DNA from: Propionibacteriales bacterium
Lineage (GTDB): Bacteria; Actinomycetota; Actinomycetes; Propionibacteriales; Nocardioidaceae
Assembly: GCA_038259535.1 (NCBI GenBank)
Contig: JBBSOR010000003.1
Location: 10,946 to 74,945 of the forward strand
Length of the DNA stretch: 64,000 nt
Reading direction: 5' to 3'
Part shown: piece after piece, positions 1-11,533 of the stretch
Numbering within the stretch: position 1 is the first letter of the stretch
Layout: each line of letters starts with the position of its first letter
Program-made: the position numbers and the translations under genes
The notes under the pieces: generated by a model
Databases searched by the model: none
What the model saw: the letters and a program-made list of their open reading frames with translations, nothing else
Told to the model about the DNA's origin: nothing

Positions 1-473
1 GCGCCGAGCCGGCGTCGCCGACGGCCGACCCCTTCGAGGCGTTGATGACGGAGTTCTCGGGGGCCACGACCATTCCCGACGACCCGGTGCTGGCGCGCCT
101 GTTCCCGACGGCCTACGTCGACGACGAGGAGTCGGCCGCCGACTTCCGCCGCGTCACCGAGGGCGGCCTGCGCGACGGCAAGGCGGCGGCGGCCGGACAC
201 ATCATCGACGCCCTCGAGGACGCCGGGCTGCCGCCCGAGCTCGACGAGGAAGGGCTGGTCATCGACGTCGAGCTGACCCGGTCCGAGGCCGAGTCGTGGA
301 TGCGCGCCTTCACCGACATCCGGCTGGCCCTGGCCACCCGGCTCGGCGTCGAGGCCGACGACGAGGACTACTGGCACGCGCTGCCCGAGGACGACCCGCG
401 GGCCCAGGCGCACGACATCTACGAGTGGGTCGGCTACCTCCAGGAGACGGTCATCGAGGCGCTCACCGGATGA
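1..473 (+). CDS. DUF2017 family protein (5' partial)
   Basis: Open frame from the window edge; motifs DPVLARLFPTAY, WMRAFTDIRLALATRLG, YEWVGYLQE; usual position upstream of mec/cysO/cysM. Confidence 0.85.
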   Translation, partial: AEPASPTADPFEALMTEFSGATTIPDDPVLARLFPTAYVDDEESAADFRRVTEGGLRDGKAAAAGHIIDALEDAGLPPELDEEGLVIDVELTRSEAESWMRAFTDIRLALATRLGVEADDEDYWHALPEDDPRAQAHDIYEWVGYLQETVIEALTG

Positions 474-1684
474 GTCCGGTTCCCGACTTCGTGGTCGACA
501 TCCGCCGCAAGATCGGCCACGACCCGCTGTGGCTGCCGGGCGTCACCGCCGTGGTCCGGCGCGGTGAGGAGGTGCTCCTGGTCAAGCGCTCCGACAACGG
601 CCAGTGGGCGCCGGTGACCGGCATCGTGGATCCCGAGGAGGAGCCCGCCGTCGCCGCTGCGCGCGAGGCGCTGGAGGAGGCGGGGGTGAGGATCAGCGTC
701 GACCGGCTGGCCGCGACGTCGGTGCACGGCCAGATCGTGCACGTCAACGGCGACCGGGCCGCCTACCTCGACCTGACCTTCGCCTGCACCTGGCTCTCCG
801 GCGCTGCCCACGTGGCCGACGACGAGTCGACCGATGTCCGGTGGTGGCCGATCGACGCGCTCCCACCGATGGGCGAGGTGATGCGGCAGCGGATCGAGGC
901 GGCGTGGAGCGACGAACGGGAGGCGCGCTTCGTCTCCCCGGGAGCGGCGGCCCCGACGGAGCCCGCGCCGCCCCGGCACGTGCCGCTCGCGCCGCTCGCC
1001 CCGGTGCTCGGGGTCGACGCCTGTCCCGGAGGATGGGTCGGCGTGGTGCTCGACCCCGACCTGAGGGCGGGTGTCTTCACGGCGCTCACGATCACGGACC
1101 TGCTGGACCTGGTCGCGGAGACCACCTCCGTGGCGGTCGTGGCGATCGACATCCCCATCGGTCTGCCCGACACCAGCGGGCGGGCGGCCGACGCCGAGGC
1201 CAGGCGGGTGCTGGTCGGCAAGTCCTCCTCGGTCTTCTCGACGCCCACCCGCGCCGCCCTCGAGGCGGACACCTACGCCGAGGCTCGCGCGGCCAACCTC
1301 GCGGCCACCGGTGGCACGAGCGTCAGCGCCCAGGCGTACGCGCTGCGCGAGAAGGTGCTGCAGGTCGACGCGTGGGTGCGGTCCGGGCCCCGCGTGCGGG
1401 TGGTCGAGGTGCACCCCGAGGTCAGCTTCGCGCGGATGGCCGGAGCCCCGGTGCTGGCCCGCAAGAAGGACGCGGACGGCGTGCGAGCGCGTCGCGAGGT
1501 GCTCGCCGACCACGGCATCGCCGCGCCCCCGTGGTTCCGCGGCGCACCGTTCGGGGAGGATGACCTGCTCGACGCCTGCGCGGCGGCGTGGTCCGCCGTA
1601 CGCCACTCCCACGGGCTCGCCGAGTCGTTCCCGGATGATCCCGAGGTCTTCTCCGACGGCTTCCCGGCCGCCATCTGGGTCTGA
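470..1684 (+). CDS. NUDIX hydrolase fused to a DUF429 (RNase H-like) domain
   Basis: ATGA overlap with the upstream gene; Nudix box GIVDPEEEPAVAAAREALEEAG; C-terminal GVDACPGGW, VAIDIPIGL, EVHPEVSF, DDLLDA typical of DUF429. Confidence 0.85.
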   Translation: MSPVPDFVVDIRRKIGHDPLWLPGVTAVVRRGEEVLLVKRSDNGQWAPVTGIVDPEEEPAVAAAREALEEAGVRISVDRLAATSVHGQIVHVNGDRAAYLDLTFACTWLSGAAHVADDESTDVRWWPIDALPPMGEVMRQRIEAAWSDEREARFVSPGAAAPTEPAPPRHVPLAPLAPVLGVDACPGGWVGVVLDPDLRAGVFTALTITDLLDLVAETTSVAVVAIDIPIGLPDTSGRAADAEARRVLVGKSSSVFSTPTRAALEADTYAEARAANLAATGGTSVSAQAYALREKVLQVDAWVRSGPRVRVVEVHPEVSFARMAGAPVLARKKDADGVRARREVLADHGIAAPPWFRGAPFGEDDLLDACAAAWSAVRHSHGLAESFPDDPEVFSDGFPAAIWV

Positions 1685-1700
1685 CCCGATCGCGCGGTCC

Positions 1701-2954
1701 TCACCCGGAGTGGGTGAGGACCCCGTAGCGCTCGCGCGAGGCCAGGGCCCACCGCGACGCCGGCACGGAGACGAGCGCGATCGCGAGCATCAGGGCGGCC
1801 AGGAGCAGCCACCCCGTCTCGCCCATGTCGACGCAGAGCAGCGTGACGATCGGCGGTCCGACCACGGCGATGACGCTGAAGCCGAGACCGGCGAAGCCTT
1901 GGTACTGCCCCTGCCGTTCGTGGGGCGCGAGCCCCATCTGCAGCCCCCACTGGCCGCCCGAGCCGATCATCTCGCCCACGACGTGGACCAGGGACCCGGC
2001 CACCAGCACCACGATGGCGAAGGTGGTGTCGCCACGGTCGGCGAGGGACACGATGGCGAAGCCGATGGCGATGAACACCGCGCCGCGCACCAGTGCTCTG
2101 GCTCCGGCCTCGACGGAGTCCGCCCGCCGGGAGAGCCGCACCTGGAAGAGCGCGACGCAGGCGGTGTTGATGATCAGCAGCACCGCGACCATCACCGGTG
2201 GTGCCGACGTGCGTTCGGAGATGTAGAGCGCCAGCCCGAGCTCCATGACGAAGAAGTGCAGCGAGAACAGGCCGGTGATCGCGACGATGACGACGTAGGG
2301 CCAGTCACGCAGCACGGCGAGGCGTGGCTCGCCGGCGGCGCGGAGGTAGGGCGGCAGGTCCGGGAGGCGGGTGCTGTTCCACGCAGCGAAGCCGGTGAAG
2401 ACGGCGTTGAGGACGAAGACCGAGACGTAGGCCCACGGCTCGTCGATGACCAGCGCCGCGCCGCCGAACATCGAGCCGAGCCCGATGGCGGTGTTGGTGA
2501 CCGCGCGCAGGTAGGCCTTGAAGAGCACGCCGCGCCCGCCGGTGGCGAGCTGGGCGATGACGCCCTGCTGGACCGAGCCGGCCGAGCGCTCGAACAACGC
2601 CAGCAGGGCGAGGAGCAGCGCGAGCTGCCACGGCGTGCGCGCCAGCACCGGAAGGGCGCTGGTGAGGGCGGCGCCCACCATGAAGAAGGTCAGGACGCGG
2701 CGGGGGCCGCGGGTGTCGCCCAGGTGACCGGCCGGCACCTGCACGACGATCCCCACGATCGCGGCGACGGACAGCGCGAGCGCGACCTCGGCGGCGGAGA
2801 AGCCGACCTGCCGGGTGAAGTAGAGGGCGCTGGTCGTCATGACGGCGCCCGCTCCGAAGCGGTTGGCGAACGACCCGAGCGCCAGCACCTGCAGGTCGCG
2901 CTCGAGGGGGATCCCGCGCCGGGTCAGGGGCGGTGGGACCTCACGCAGCGACAT
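1701..2954 (-). CDS. MFS transporter
   Basis: About 12 hydrophobic segments; motif A-like GHLGDTRGPRR; APHERQGQYQG; SD-like GAGGGGGAG before ATG. Confidence 0.85.
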   Translation of the reverse strand: MSLREVPPPLTRRGIPLERDLQVLALGSFANRFGAGAVMTTSALYFTRQVGFSAAEVALALSVAAIVGIVVQVPAGHLGDTRGPRRVLTFFMVGAALTSALPVLARTPWQLALLLALLALFERSAGSVQQGVIAQLATGGRGVLFKAYLRAVTNTAIGLGSMFGGAALVIDEPWAYVSVFVLNAVFTGFAAWNSTRLPDLPPYLRAAGEPRLAVLRDWPYVVIVAITGLFSLHFFVMELGLALYISERTSAPPVMVAVLLIINTACVALFQVRLSRRADSVEAGARALVRGAVFIAIGFAIVSLADRGDTTFAIVVLVAGSLVHVVGEMIGSGGQWGLQMGLAPHERQGQYQGFAGLGFSVIAVVGPPIVTLLCVDMGETGWLLLAALMLAIALVSVPASRWALASRERYGVLTHSG

Positions 2955-2973
2955 TGGTTCTCCCCCTCGAATG

Positions 2974-2991
2974 TGTCTCGACGTCAAGACT
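2974..2991. promoter_or_regulatory. 18-bp near-palindromic operator, TamR/MarR-like box
   Basis: TGTCTCGACGTCAAGACT in the divergent MFS/mec intergenic region; resembles the Streptomyces TamR site TATCTTGACGTCAAGATA. Confidence 0.55.
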
Positions 2992-3042
2992 ATGTGGTGA
3001 GATGCGGCGGGCCCACTTCGGCTTCCTGCCTACCCTTGCGGA

Positions 3043-4783
<1,741 letters not shown>

Positions 4784-4840
4784 GGGTCGGCCCGTCTGGG
4801 GCCTGCACGAGGGCCTGCCGGAGGGCCTAGTGTGTGACGC

Positions 4841-5461
4841 GTGACCCCGCGTGTCGTCGTGCTGCTGGCCGCCCTCGTCCTCACCCTGCTCGCGCCGCCG
4901 GGCCATGCGGGCACGGCGGATCACCGACGCTGGACGCCCACGCCCGATCCGCCCACCGCGGAGGGCTACGCCGTTCCTGTCCGCCGTCGGGTGACCTACT
5001 CGGTCATCACCCGTGGCGCGATCACGGCCCGGGTCGCGGACTTCCGCCGCCTCGCCCAGCAGACGTACGCCGACCCGCGCGGCTGGCGCAACGCCGGCGT
5101 GGAGTTCCGTCGGGTCCGCCGCGGCGGCGACTTCACGCTGGTGCTGGCCGCTGCACGCGCCGTGCCGACGTTCTCCTCCAGCTGCTCGTCGACCTGGTCG
5201 TGCCGGGTGGGTCGCTACGTGATCATCAACCAGGAGCGGTGGCAGCACGCCTCTCCGGCGTGGAACGCCGCGGGCCGTTCGTTGCGCGACTACCGCCACC
5301 TGGTGGTCAACCACGAGACCGGTCACTGGCTGGGTCGCGGCCACGCGTCGTGCCCTGCCGGCGGTGGACCGGCGCCGGTGATGATGCAGCAGTCCAAGGG
5401 CACGGGCGGCTGCCGCTTCAACCCGTGGCCGCTCGCCTGGGAGGCGGCGGGCGCCCGGTGA
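4841..5461 (+). CDS. DUF3152 family secreted zincin-like protein
   Basis: Signal peptide; DPRGW; YRHLVVNHETGHWLGRGH; PAPVMMQQS; CRFNPWP. Confidence 0.85.
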   Translation: MTPRVVVLLAALVLTLLAPPGHAGTADHRRWTPTPDPPTAEGYAVPVRRRVTYSVITRGAITARVADFRRLAQQTYADPRGWRNAGVEFRRVRRGGDFTLVLAAARAVPTFSSSCSSTWSCRVGRYVIINQERWQHASPAWNAAGRSLRDYRHLVVNHETGHWLGRGHASCPAGGGPAPVMMQQSKGTGGCRFNPWPLAWEAAGAR

Positions 5462-5471
5462 GGCGCCGCAG

Positions 5472-6518
5472 TCAGGGAGCCGCGGTGAGGCGCAGGTCCA
5501 GCGTGGTGTCGAACTCGCTGCCCTCCACGACCGGCAGGTCGAGGAGGTCGAGCGCCAGGTTGGCGATCATCGCGTTGCGCACCGGCTGGCGGCGCGCGCC
5601 GTAGACCGTCCTGCGGGCGCCGGGGTTCTTGTAGGTGCGGTTGATCGCGTAGAGGTCGACCCCGCGGTCCACCGCGGCCCCGCGAGCCATGAAGACGATC
5701 CGGTAGTCGTCCAGCAGCCTCGGGTCACTGTGGGTGGGTCCGTGCCCGCCGTGGTCGCTGGTCAGCAGGATCGTGGTGCCGGCCTTGCGGTCCGGGTCGG
5801 CGTTGACGGCCTTCACGACACGGCCGACGAGCGCGTCCGAGCGGCGTACGGCCCTCAGGTACTGCTTCGACATCCAGCCGTGCCTGTGGCCGGCGACGTC
5901 CGGGGGCGAGAGGTGCAGGAAGCGGAAGTCGCGGTCGACGGCGAGGTCGTCGATGAGCTGGTCGACCAGTGCGGAGTTGTTGTCGTCGATCGTGGTGCGG
6001 TCGATGGCGTCGGGCCACGAGCGCTGCCAGAGGCTGAACTTCGTCTTCGCGGCGAACAGCGCGGTCGAGCCGCCGGCCGCATCGACCACCGTGAAGACCG
6101 AGGCGACGTCGTGGCCGGCCGCGGCCTGCACCGTGCTCGGGGTGGGGCGATCGTCGTTCCAGGTGACGCCGTGGCCGCCCGCGGCGGCCTCGATCCGGCG
6201 GCCGGTCACCATGCCCGTGTGGTTGGGCAGCGTCACGGTCATCTCGCGCTCGGTGCGCGCATTGGTCGTCGACGCGCCGACCTTCATGAAGCGGTAGAGG
6301 TTCGGCAGCTTCGCCTTGCCGAGCCGGCGCACCGCGGCGACGCTCATCCCGTCGATGGAGATGGCCAGCACGGAGTCGGCCTCCGCGGCCCGCGCCGCGC
6401 GGGGCTCGTCGCCGGACGGCACCTGCGCCGGGGCCGGGGCGAGGACGAGGCCAGCGGAGGCGAGCAGGGAGACGAGCAGGGAGACGACGGACGCGGTGAC
6501 TGATGATCGACGGAACAC
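5472..6518 (-). CDS. Secreted alkaline phosphatase/nucleotide pyrophosphatase superfamily protein
   Basis: GTG start with signal-like segment; SIDG, TVTLPNH (Thr nucleophile), DVAGH, SDHG metal motifs. Confidence 0.8.
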   Translation of the reverse strand: MFRRSSVTASVVSLLVSLLASAGLVLAPAPAQVPSGDEPRAARAAEADSVLAISIDGMSVAAVRRLGKAKLPNLYRFMKVGASTTNARTEREMTVTLPNHTGMVTGRRIEAAAGGHGVTWNDDRPTPSTVQAAAGHDVASVFTVVDAAGGSTALFAAKTKFSLWQRSWPDAIDRTTIDDNNSALVDQLIDDLAVDRDFRFLHLSPPDVAGHRHGWMSKQYLRAVRRSDALVGRVVKAVNADPDRKAGTTILLTSDHGGHGPTHSDPRLLDDYRIVFMARGAAVDRGVDLYAINRTYKNPGARRTVYGARRQPVRNAMIANLALDLLDLPVVEGSEFDTTLDLRLTAAP

Positions 6519-6608
6519 CCGGCGACGATAACCCGGCCGCCCCGGTGTGACGGGGTCGATGCCCAGATGGCGTGACCCGCGGCGCTCCGAGCGCCTAGCC
6601 TGCTGCCT

Positions 6609-7433
6609 GTGCCGACCCCCCAGCCGCGGATGCCCGCCGATGCGCCCATCGGCATCTTCGACTCCGGGTTCGGCGGCCTGACGGTCGCCCGGTCGGTGAT
6701 CGACCAGCTCCCGCACGAGTCGGTGGTCTACCTCGGCGACACGGCCCGTCAGCCCTATGGCCAGAAGCCCATCGGCGAGGTCAGGGAGTACGCCCTCGAG
6801 TGCCTCGACCACCTCTACGACCAGGGCGTCAAGGCGCTGGTCATCGCCTGCAACTCCGCCAGCGCCGCCATGCTCCGCGACGCCCGCGAGCGCTATGACG
6901 TGCCGGTCGTCGAGGTGATCCTCCCTGCCGCACGCCGCGCCGCGGCTGCCACGCGCAACCGAAGGGTCGGCGTGATCTGCACGCGCGCCACCGCCAGCTC
7001 GATGGCCTACGACGACGCGTTCGCCGCCGCGCCGCACCTCGACCTGCACATCCAGGCGTGCCCGAGCTTCGTGGACTTCGTCGAGCAGGGGGTCACCGGC
7101 GGCGACGAGCTGCTCGCGGCCGCCCACGCCTACCTCGACCCGCTGGCCGAGGCCGGTGTCGACACCTTGATCCTCGGCTGCACCCACTACCCGCTGCTCA
7201 CCGGCGTCATCTCCTACGTCATGGGAGATGACGTCACCCTGGTGAGCTCGGCGGAGGAGTGTGCGAAGGACGTCTACAAGATGCTGGCCGGCACCGGTCT
7301 GATGCGCGAGGGCGGCGAGGCCCGCTACACCTTCTCCACCACCGGCAGCCCGGAGGACTTCGCCACGATCGGACGCCGTTTCCTCGGCACGGAGCTGCTC
7401 AGCGCGACCCAGTTCGCCGGGAGGATGTCATGA
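6609..7433 (+). CDS. murI: Glutamate racemase
   Basis: [27 protein letters not shown]; start may be ATG at 6630. Confidence 0.95.
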   Translation: MPTPQPRMPADAPIGIFDSGFGGLTVARSVIDQLPHESVVYLGDTARQPYGQKPIGEVREYALECLDHLYDQGVKALVIACNSASAAMLRDARERYDVPVVEVILPAARRAAAATRNRRVGVICTRATASSMAYDDAFAAAPHLDLHIQACPSFVDFVEQGVTGGDELLAAAHAYLDPLAEAGVDTLILGCTHYPLLTGVISYVMGDDVTLVSSAEECAKDVYKMLAGTGLMREGGEARYTFSTTGSPEDFATIGRRFLGTELLSATQFAGRMS

Positions 7434-8200
7434 AGCTCACCATCGTCGGCTGCTCCGGCTCCTACCCCGGCCCCGAGTCCGCCGCCAGCTGCTACCTCCT
7501 GGAGGCCGAGCACACCTCGGAGTCGGGGGAGACCCGCCCCTGGCGGATCCTGCTCGACCTCGGCAACGGGGCGCTCGGCCAGCTGCACCGCTACGCCGAT
7601 CCGCTGACGATCGACGCGGTCTTCGTCAGCCACCTGCACGCCGACCACTGCCTCGACCTCTGCGGCTACTACGTGATGCGCAAGTACCATCCCACCGGCC
7701 CGCAGCCGCGCATCCCGGTCTGGGGCCCGGCGGGGACGGCCGAACGGATGGCGCGCGCCTACGACCTGCCCGAGGACCCCGGCATGACCGAGGAGTTCGC
7801 CTTCGAGGAGCACGGCGCGCCGGTCGAGCTCGGCCCCTTCCGCGTCGAGGCGCACCGGGTGGTGCATCCCGTGACGGCCTTTGCGCTGAAGGTCACCGCG
7901 GGCGGTCGCACCCTCGTCTACTCCGGCGACACCGGACCGTGTGCCGCCCTCGACGAGGTGGCGACCGGCGTCGACCTCCTCCTGGCGGAGGCGTCGTTCC
8001 AGACCGGCGGCGACAATCCGCCCGACCTGCACCTGACTGGCGCCGACTGCGGACGGACAGCGGCCGCGGCGCGTGTCGAGCGGCTCGTGCTGACCCACAT
8101 CCCACCGTGGCACGACGCCGCTGTCGCCGAGGCCGAGGCCCGCGCCGAGTGGTCGGGACCGGTCGAGCTGGCCCGCCCCGGGGCGACCTACGACGTGTGA
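7430..8200 (+). CDS. MBL-fold metallo-hydrolase (Rv1339-like cyclic nucleotide phosphodiesterase)
   Basis: [32 protein letters not shown]; located between murI and rph. Confidence 0.9.
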   Translation: MKLTIVGCSGSYPGPESAASCYLLEAEHTSESGETRPWRILLDLGNGALGQLHRYADPLTIDAVFVSHLHADHCLDLCGYYVMRKYHPTGPQPRIPVWGPAGTAERMARAYDLPEDPGMTEEFAFEEHGAPVELGPFRVEAHRVVHPVTAFALKVTAGGRTLVYSGDTGPCAALDEVATGVDLLLAEASFQTGGDNPPDLHLTGADCGRTAAAARVERLVLTHIPPWHDAAVAEAEARAEWSGPVELARPGATYDV

Positions 8201-8204
8201 GTCC

Positions 8205-8363
8205 TCAGCGCAGGCCGGCGTCGTGGACGAGCGGGGCCATCTGCACCCGGTTGGTGCAGTCGCGCTTGGTCAGCGGCCGCGACACGTGGGACTTGACCGT
8301 CGGGATCGACAGGTAGAGCCCCGAGGCGATCTCGGAGTTGCTGAGCCGCTCGGACGGGTCTCC
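8205..8363 (-). pseudogene. Remnant of a LuxR/NarL-type response-regulator C-terminal HTH
   Basis: Manual translation gives LSNSEIASGLYLSIPTVKSHVSRPLTKRDCTNRVQMAPLVHDAGLR*; no start codon before an in-frame stop at 8430-8432. Confidence 0.75.
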
Positions 8364-8647
8364 ACGCCGATCAGGCGTAGTGGGCGCGGCTCCTACTTCG
8401 GTCGCCCGTGCGCGGACCGCAACACCGCCTCATGGGGGATGTGGCGGTTGCCCCGGCCACCGGACAATGGGGTCGCCACCGCGTGGAGGGAGCTGCGCGG
8501 CGTGGGGTGCCGCGCATCAAGCGTCCCCACGGGGGTAGGGACCTTGCAGCCGGGTCCGGTGACTCACGGGGGTGACCGGGCCCGGCTGGGTCGTTCCCGG
8601 GGCTCGCCGCTACCAACGTCATGGCCGGGTACATCTAGGGTCGTGCC

Positions 8648-9388
8648 ATGACTTCCGCACCCCGCGCCACCCTTCGCGCAGACGGCCGCGCCGACGACGA
8701 GCTCCGCCCGATCACCATCACCCGCAACTGGCTCGACCACGCCGCTGGCTCCGTGCTGATCGAGTTCGGCGGCACCAAGGTGCTGTGCGCGGCGTCCGCC
8801 TCGGAGGGCGTCCCGCGCTGGCGCAAGGGCTCCGGCCTGGGCTGGGTGACGGCCGAGTACGCGATGCTCCCGGCCTCGACCAACACGCGCTCGGACCGGG
8901 AGTCGGTCAAGGGCCGCATCGGCGGCCGCACCCACGAGATCTCCCGACTGATCGGCCGCTCGCTGCGCGCGGTCATCGACTACGAGGCCCTCGGCGAGAA
9001 CACGATCGTGCTCGACTGCGACGTGCTCCAGGCCGACGGGGGGACACGCACCGCCGCGATCACCGGGGCGTACGTCGCCCTGGCCGACGCGGTGGCGCAC
9101 CTGCGATCGAACGGCGCCCTGACCGGTGAGCCGCTCACCGGCTCGGTGGCCGCCGTCAGCGTCGGGATCATCGACGGTGTGCCGCGCCTCGACCTCCCCT
9201 ACGTCGAGGATGTCCGCGCCGAGACCGACATGAACGTCGTGATGACCGGCGACGGCTCGTTCGTCGAGGTGCAGGGCACCGCGGAGGGTGCCGCCTTCGA
9301 CCGCGCCGAGCTCGACGCGCTCCTCGACCTGGCCGGCAAGGGCTGCGCCGACCTGACGCGCCGGCAGCACGAGGCGCTCGCCCGGTGA
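8648..9388 (+). CDS. rph: Ribonuclease PH
   Basis: [40 protein letters not shown]. Confidence 0.97.
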   Translation: MTSAPRATLRADGRADDELRPITITRNWLDHAAGSVLIEFGGTKVLCAASASEGVPRWRKGSGLGWVTAEYAMLPASTNTRSDRESVKGRIGGRTHEISRLIGRSLRAVIDYEALGENTIVLDCDVLQADGGTRTAAITGAYVALADAVAHLRSNGALTGEPLTGSVAAVSVGIIDGVPRLDLPYVEDVRAETDMNVVMTGDGSFVEVQGTAEGAAFDRAELDALLDLAGKGCADLTRRQHEALAR

Positions 9389-10002
9389 CCCGGATCTTCC
9401 TGGCCTCGGCCAACGCCAAGAAGATCCTCGAGATGCAGCGGATCCTGGCCGACCACGTGCCCGGCATCGAGGTGCTCGGGATCGGCGACATCGAGGGCTA
9501 CGCGGAGCCGGTCGAGGACGAGCCGAGCTTCGCCGGCAACGCCTTGCTGAAGGCACGGGCCGGCGTCGCGGCGACGGGCCTGCCGTCGGTCGCCGACGAC
9601 AGCGGGCTCTGCGTCGATGCCCTCAACGGCATGCCTGGCGTGCTGTCGGCGCGGTGGTCGGGGCCTCCCAAGAGCGATGCGCGCAACAACGACCTGCTGC
9701 TGGCCCAGCTCGACGACGTGCCCGACGAGCGTCGGGGTGCGCACTTCGCGTGCGCCGTGGCGTGGGTGCTGCCCGACGGGCGCGAGCGGGTGGTCGAGGG
9801 TCGGATGGAGGGCCGGATCATCCGCGAGCCGCGGGGGAGTGGCGGCTTCGGCTACGACGTGCTGTTCGTGGCCGAGGAGCACGACGCGACAGGGCTCACC
9901 TCCGCCGAGCTCGGGCCGGGTGAGAAGGACCTCATCTCCCACCGCGGCCGTGCGCTGCGCGAGCTGGCGCCGTACGTCGCCGCCGACCTGGCCTCAGGCT
10001 GA
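9385..10002 (+). CDS. rdgB: Non-canonical purine NTP pyrophosphatase (HAM1)
   Basis: [27 protein letters not shown]. Confidence 0.95.
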   Translation: MTRIFLASANAKKILEMQRILADHVPGIEVLGIGDIEGYAEPVEDEPSFAGNALLKARAGVAATGLPSVADDSGLCVDALNGMPGVLSARWSGPPKSDARNNDLLLAQLDDVPDERRGAHFACAVAWVLPDGRERVVEGRMEGRIIREPRGSGGFGYDVLFVAEEHDATGLTSAELGPGEKDLISHRGRALRELAPYVAADLASG

Positions 10003-10866
10003 GACGACCTCGCGGTCGCCGACCCGGCGCGAGACCCACCGGCCCCACAGGGCGGCGAACCCGAACATGATCAGCGAGTAGACCGCGGCCGGCACCGAGA
10101 TCTCGACCTCGTCGAGCACCTCGACCGCCACGAAGATCGCGAGGGTGGCGTTGTGGACGCCGACCTCCATCGACGAGGCGATGGCCTGCGGACCGGTGAC
10201 CCCGAAGGCCTTCGGCACGAAGTAGCCCACCAGCAGGCTGATCGCGCAGAAGAGGGCCGCGATCAGCCCGACGTCGGCGAGGTAGCCGCCGACGTCCTCG
10301 ATCTGGTCGAGCAGGATGCCGACGACCAGGATCGCGAGGATCACCGCGGATCCGATCCGCACCGGCTTGTCCATCCGGCGCGCGAAGTGCGGCACCCGGT
10401 GGTTGACGAGCATCCCGACCCCCACAGGGAGCAGGATCAGGGCGAACACCTTGGCGATCTCGACCAGCGGCATCGTGACGTCGTCCTGCCGGTCGTAGTA
10501 GGCGATGGCGAGGCCGGTGATGAGCGGGAGGGTGACGACCGCGATGACGGTGTTGATCGCGGTCAGCGTGATGTTGAGCGCGACGTCGCCGCGGAAGAGG
10601 TGGCTGAAGAGGTTTGCCGTCGTGCCCCCCGGCGAGGCGGCGAGCAGCAGCATGCCGATGCCGAGCAGGGCCGGAAGGTCGAAGACCACCACCAGGCCGA
10701 AGCAGATCACCGGGAGCAGCAGGACCTGGCAGGCCAGCGCGACGGCGACCGCCTTCGGCGCCCGACCGACCCGGCGGAAGTCGGCGATCGTGAGGTCGAG
10801 CCCGAGCCCGAACATGATGATCGCGAGGGCGAGGGGCAGTCCGACGGTCGTCAACGCGGAGTCCAT
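9994..10866 (-). CDS. Bile acid:sodium symporter family transporter
   Basis: IMFGLGL, SPGGTTAN, EVGVHNA; multiple TM segments. Confidence 0.9.
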   Translation of the reverse strand: MDSALTTVGLPLALAIIMFGLGLDLTIADFRRVGRAPKAVAVALACQVLLLPVICFGLVVVFDLPALLGIGMLLLAASPGGTTANLFSHLFRGDVALNITLTAINTVIAVVTLPLITGLAIAYYDRQDDVTMPLVEIAKVFALILLPVGVGMLVNHRVPHFARRMDKPVRIGSAVILAILVVGILLDQIEDVGGYLADVGLIAALFCAISLLVGYFVPKAFGVTGPQAIASSMEVGVHNATLAIFVAVEVLDEVEISVPAAVYSLIMFGFAALWGRWVSRRVGDREVVSA

Positions 10867-10923
10867 GCGCGGACCCTAGCGGTGACGTGGGTCACACGGG
10901 CGCGAACGCCGACGATCCCGCGG

Positions 10924-11005
10924 TGCCGAAGGCGGGAGTCGAACCCGCACGCCCTGGGGCACACGGACCTAAACCGTGCGTGTCTGCCTGTTCCACCACT
11001 CCGGC
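10924..11005 (-). tRNA. tRNA-Leu (anticodon TAG)
   Basis: GCCGGAG...TTCGGC acceptor stem; anticodon arm CACGG-TTTAGGT-CCGTG; long variable arm; GGTTCGACTCC T-arm. Confidence 0.95.
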
Positions 11006-11062
11006 TGGCCCGAGAAGCCTAGTTCTCGCGGGACCCGATCGACACCGTGGTCCCCTTCCCGA

Positions 11063-11533
11063 TCAGTCCAACCCCAGGTCCCGCCGCAGCTTGGCGACGT
11101 GCCCGGTGGCCTTGACGTTGTACTGCGCGAGCACGATCTTGCCGGCCTCGTCGATGACGAAGGTGGAGCGGATGACCCCCTCGACCTCCTTGCCGTAGAG
11201 CTTCTTGGTGCCATAGGCGCCGTAGGCCCGGTGAACGGCGAGGTCCTCGTCGGAGAGCAGGGTGAGGGTCAGGGCATCGCGCTCGCGGAACTTCGCCAGC
11301 TTGGCCGGCTGGTCCCTGGACACCCCGAGCACGTCGTAGCCGGCGCCGCGCAGCGAGTCCAGCGACTCGGAGAAGTCGCAGGCCTGCTTCGTGCAGCCGG
11401 GCGTCATCGCGGCCGGGTAGAAGTAGAGGATGACCTTCGTGCCGCGCAGGTCAGCCAGGCGCACCTGCTCGCCGGTGTCGCTGGTGAGGGTGAGGTCGGG
11501 GGCGGTGTCCCCGATGGTGAGTCGGTCGGTCAT
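11063..11533 (-). CDS. bcp: Thioredoxin-dependent thiol peroxidase Bcp
   Basis: LYFYPAAMTPGCTKQACDF; GVIRSTFVID. Confidence 0.93.
   Translation of the reverse strand: MTDRLTIGDTAPDLTLTSDTGEQVRLADLRGTKVILYFYPAAMTPGCTKQACDFSESLDSLRGAGYDVLGVSRDQPAKLAKFRERDALTLTLLSDEDLAVHRAYGAYGTKKLYGKEVEGVIRSTFVIDEAGKIVLAQYNVKATGHVAKLRRDLGLD

Noticed and set aside
8463-8474. ANTAR-like hairpin GAC-AATGGG-GTC
   Set aside because: Single 3-bp stem with no second hairpin nearby; could easily arise by chance
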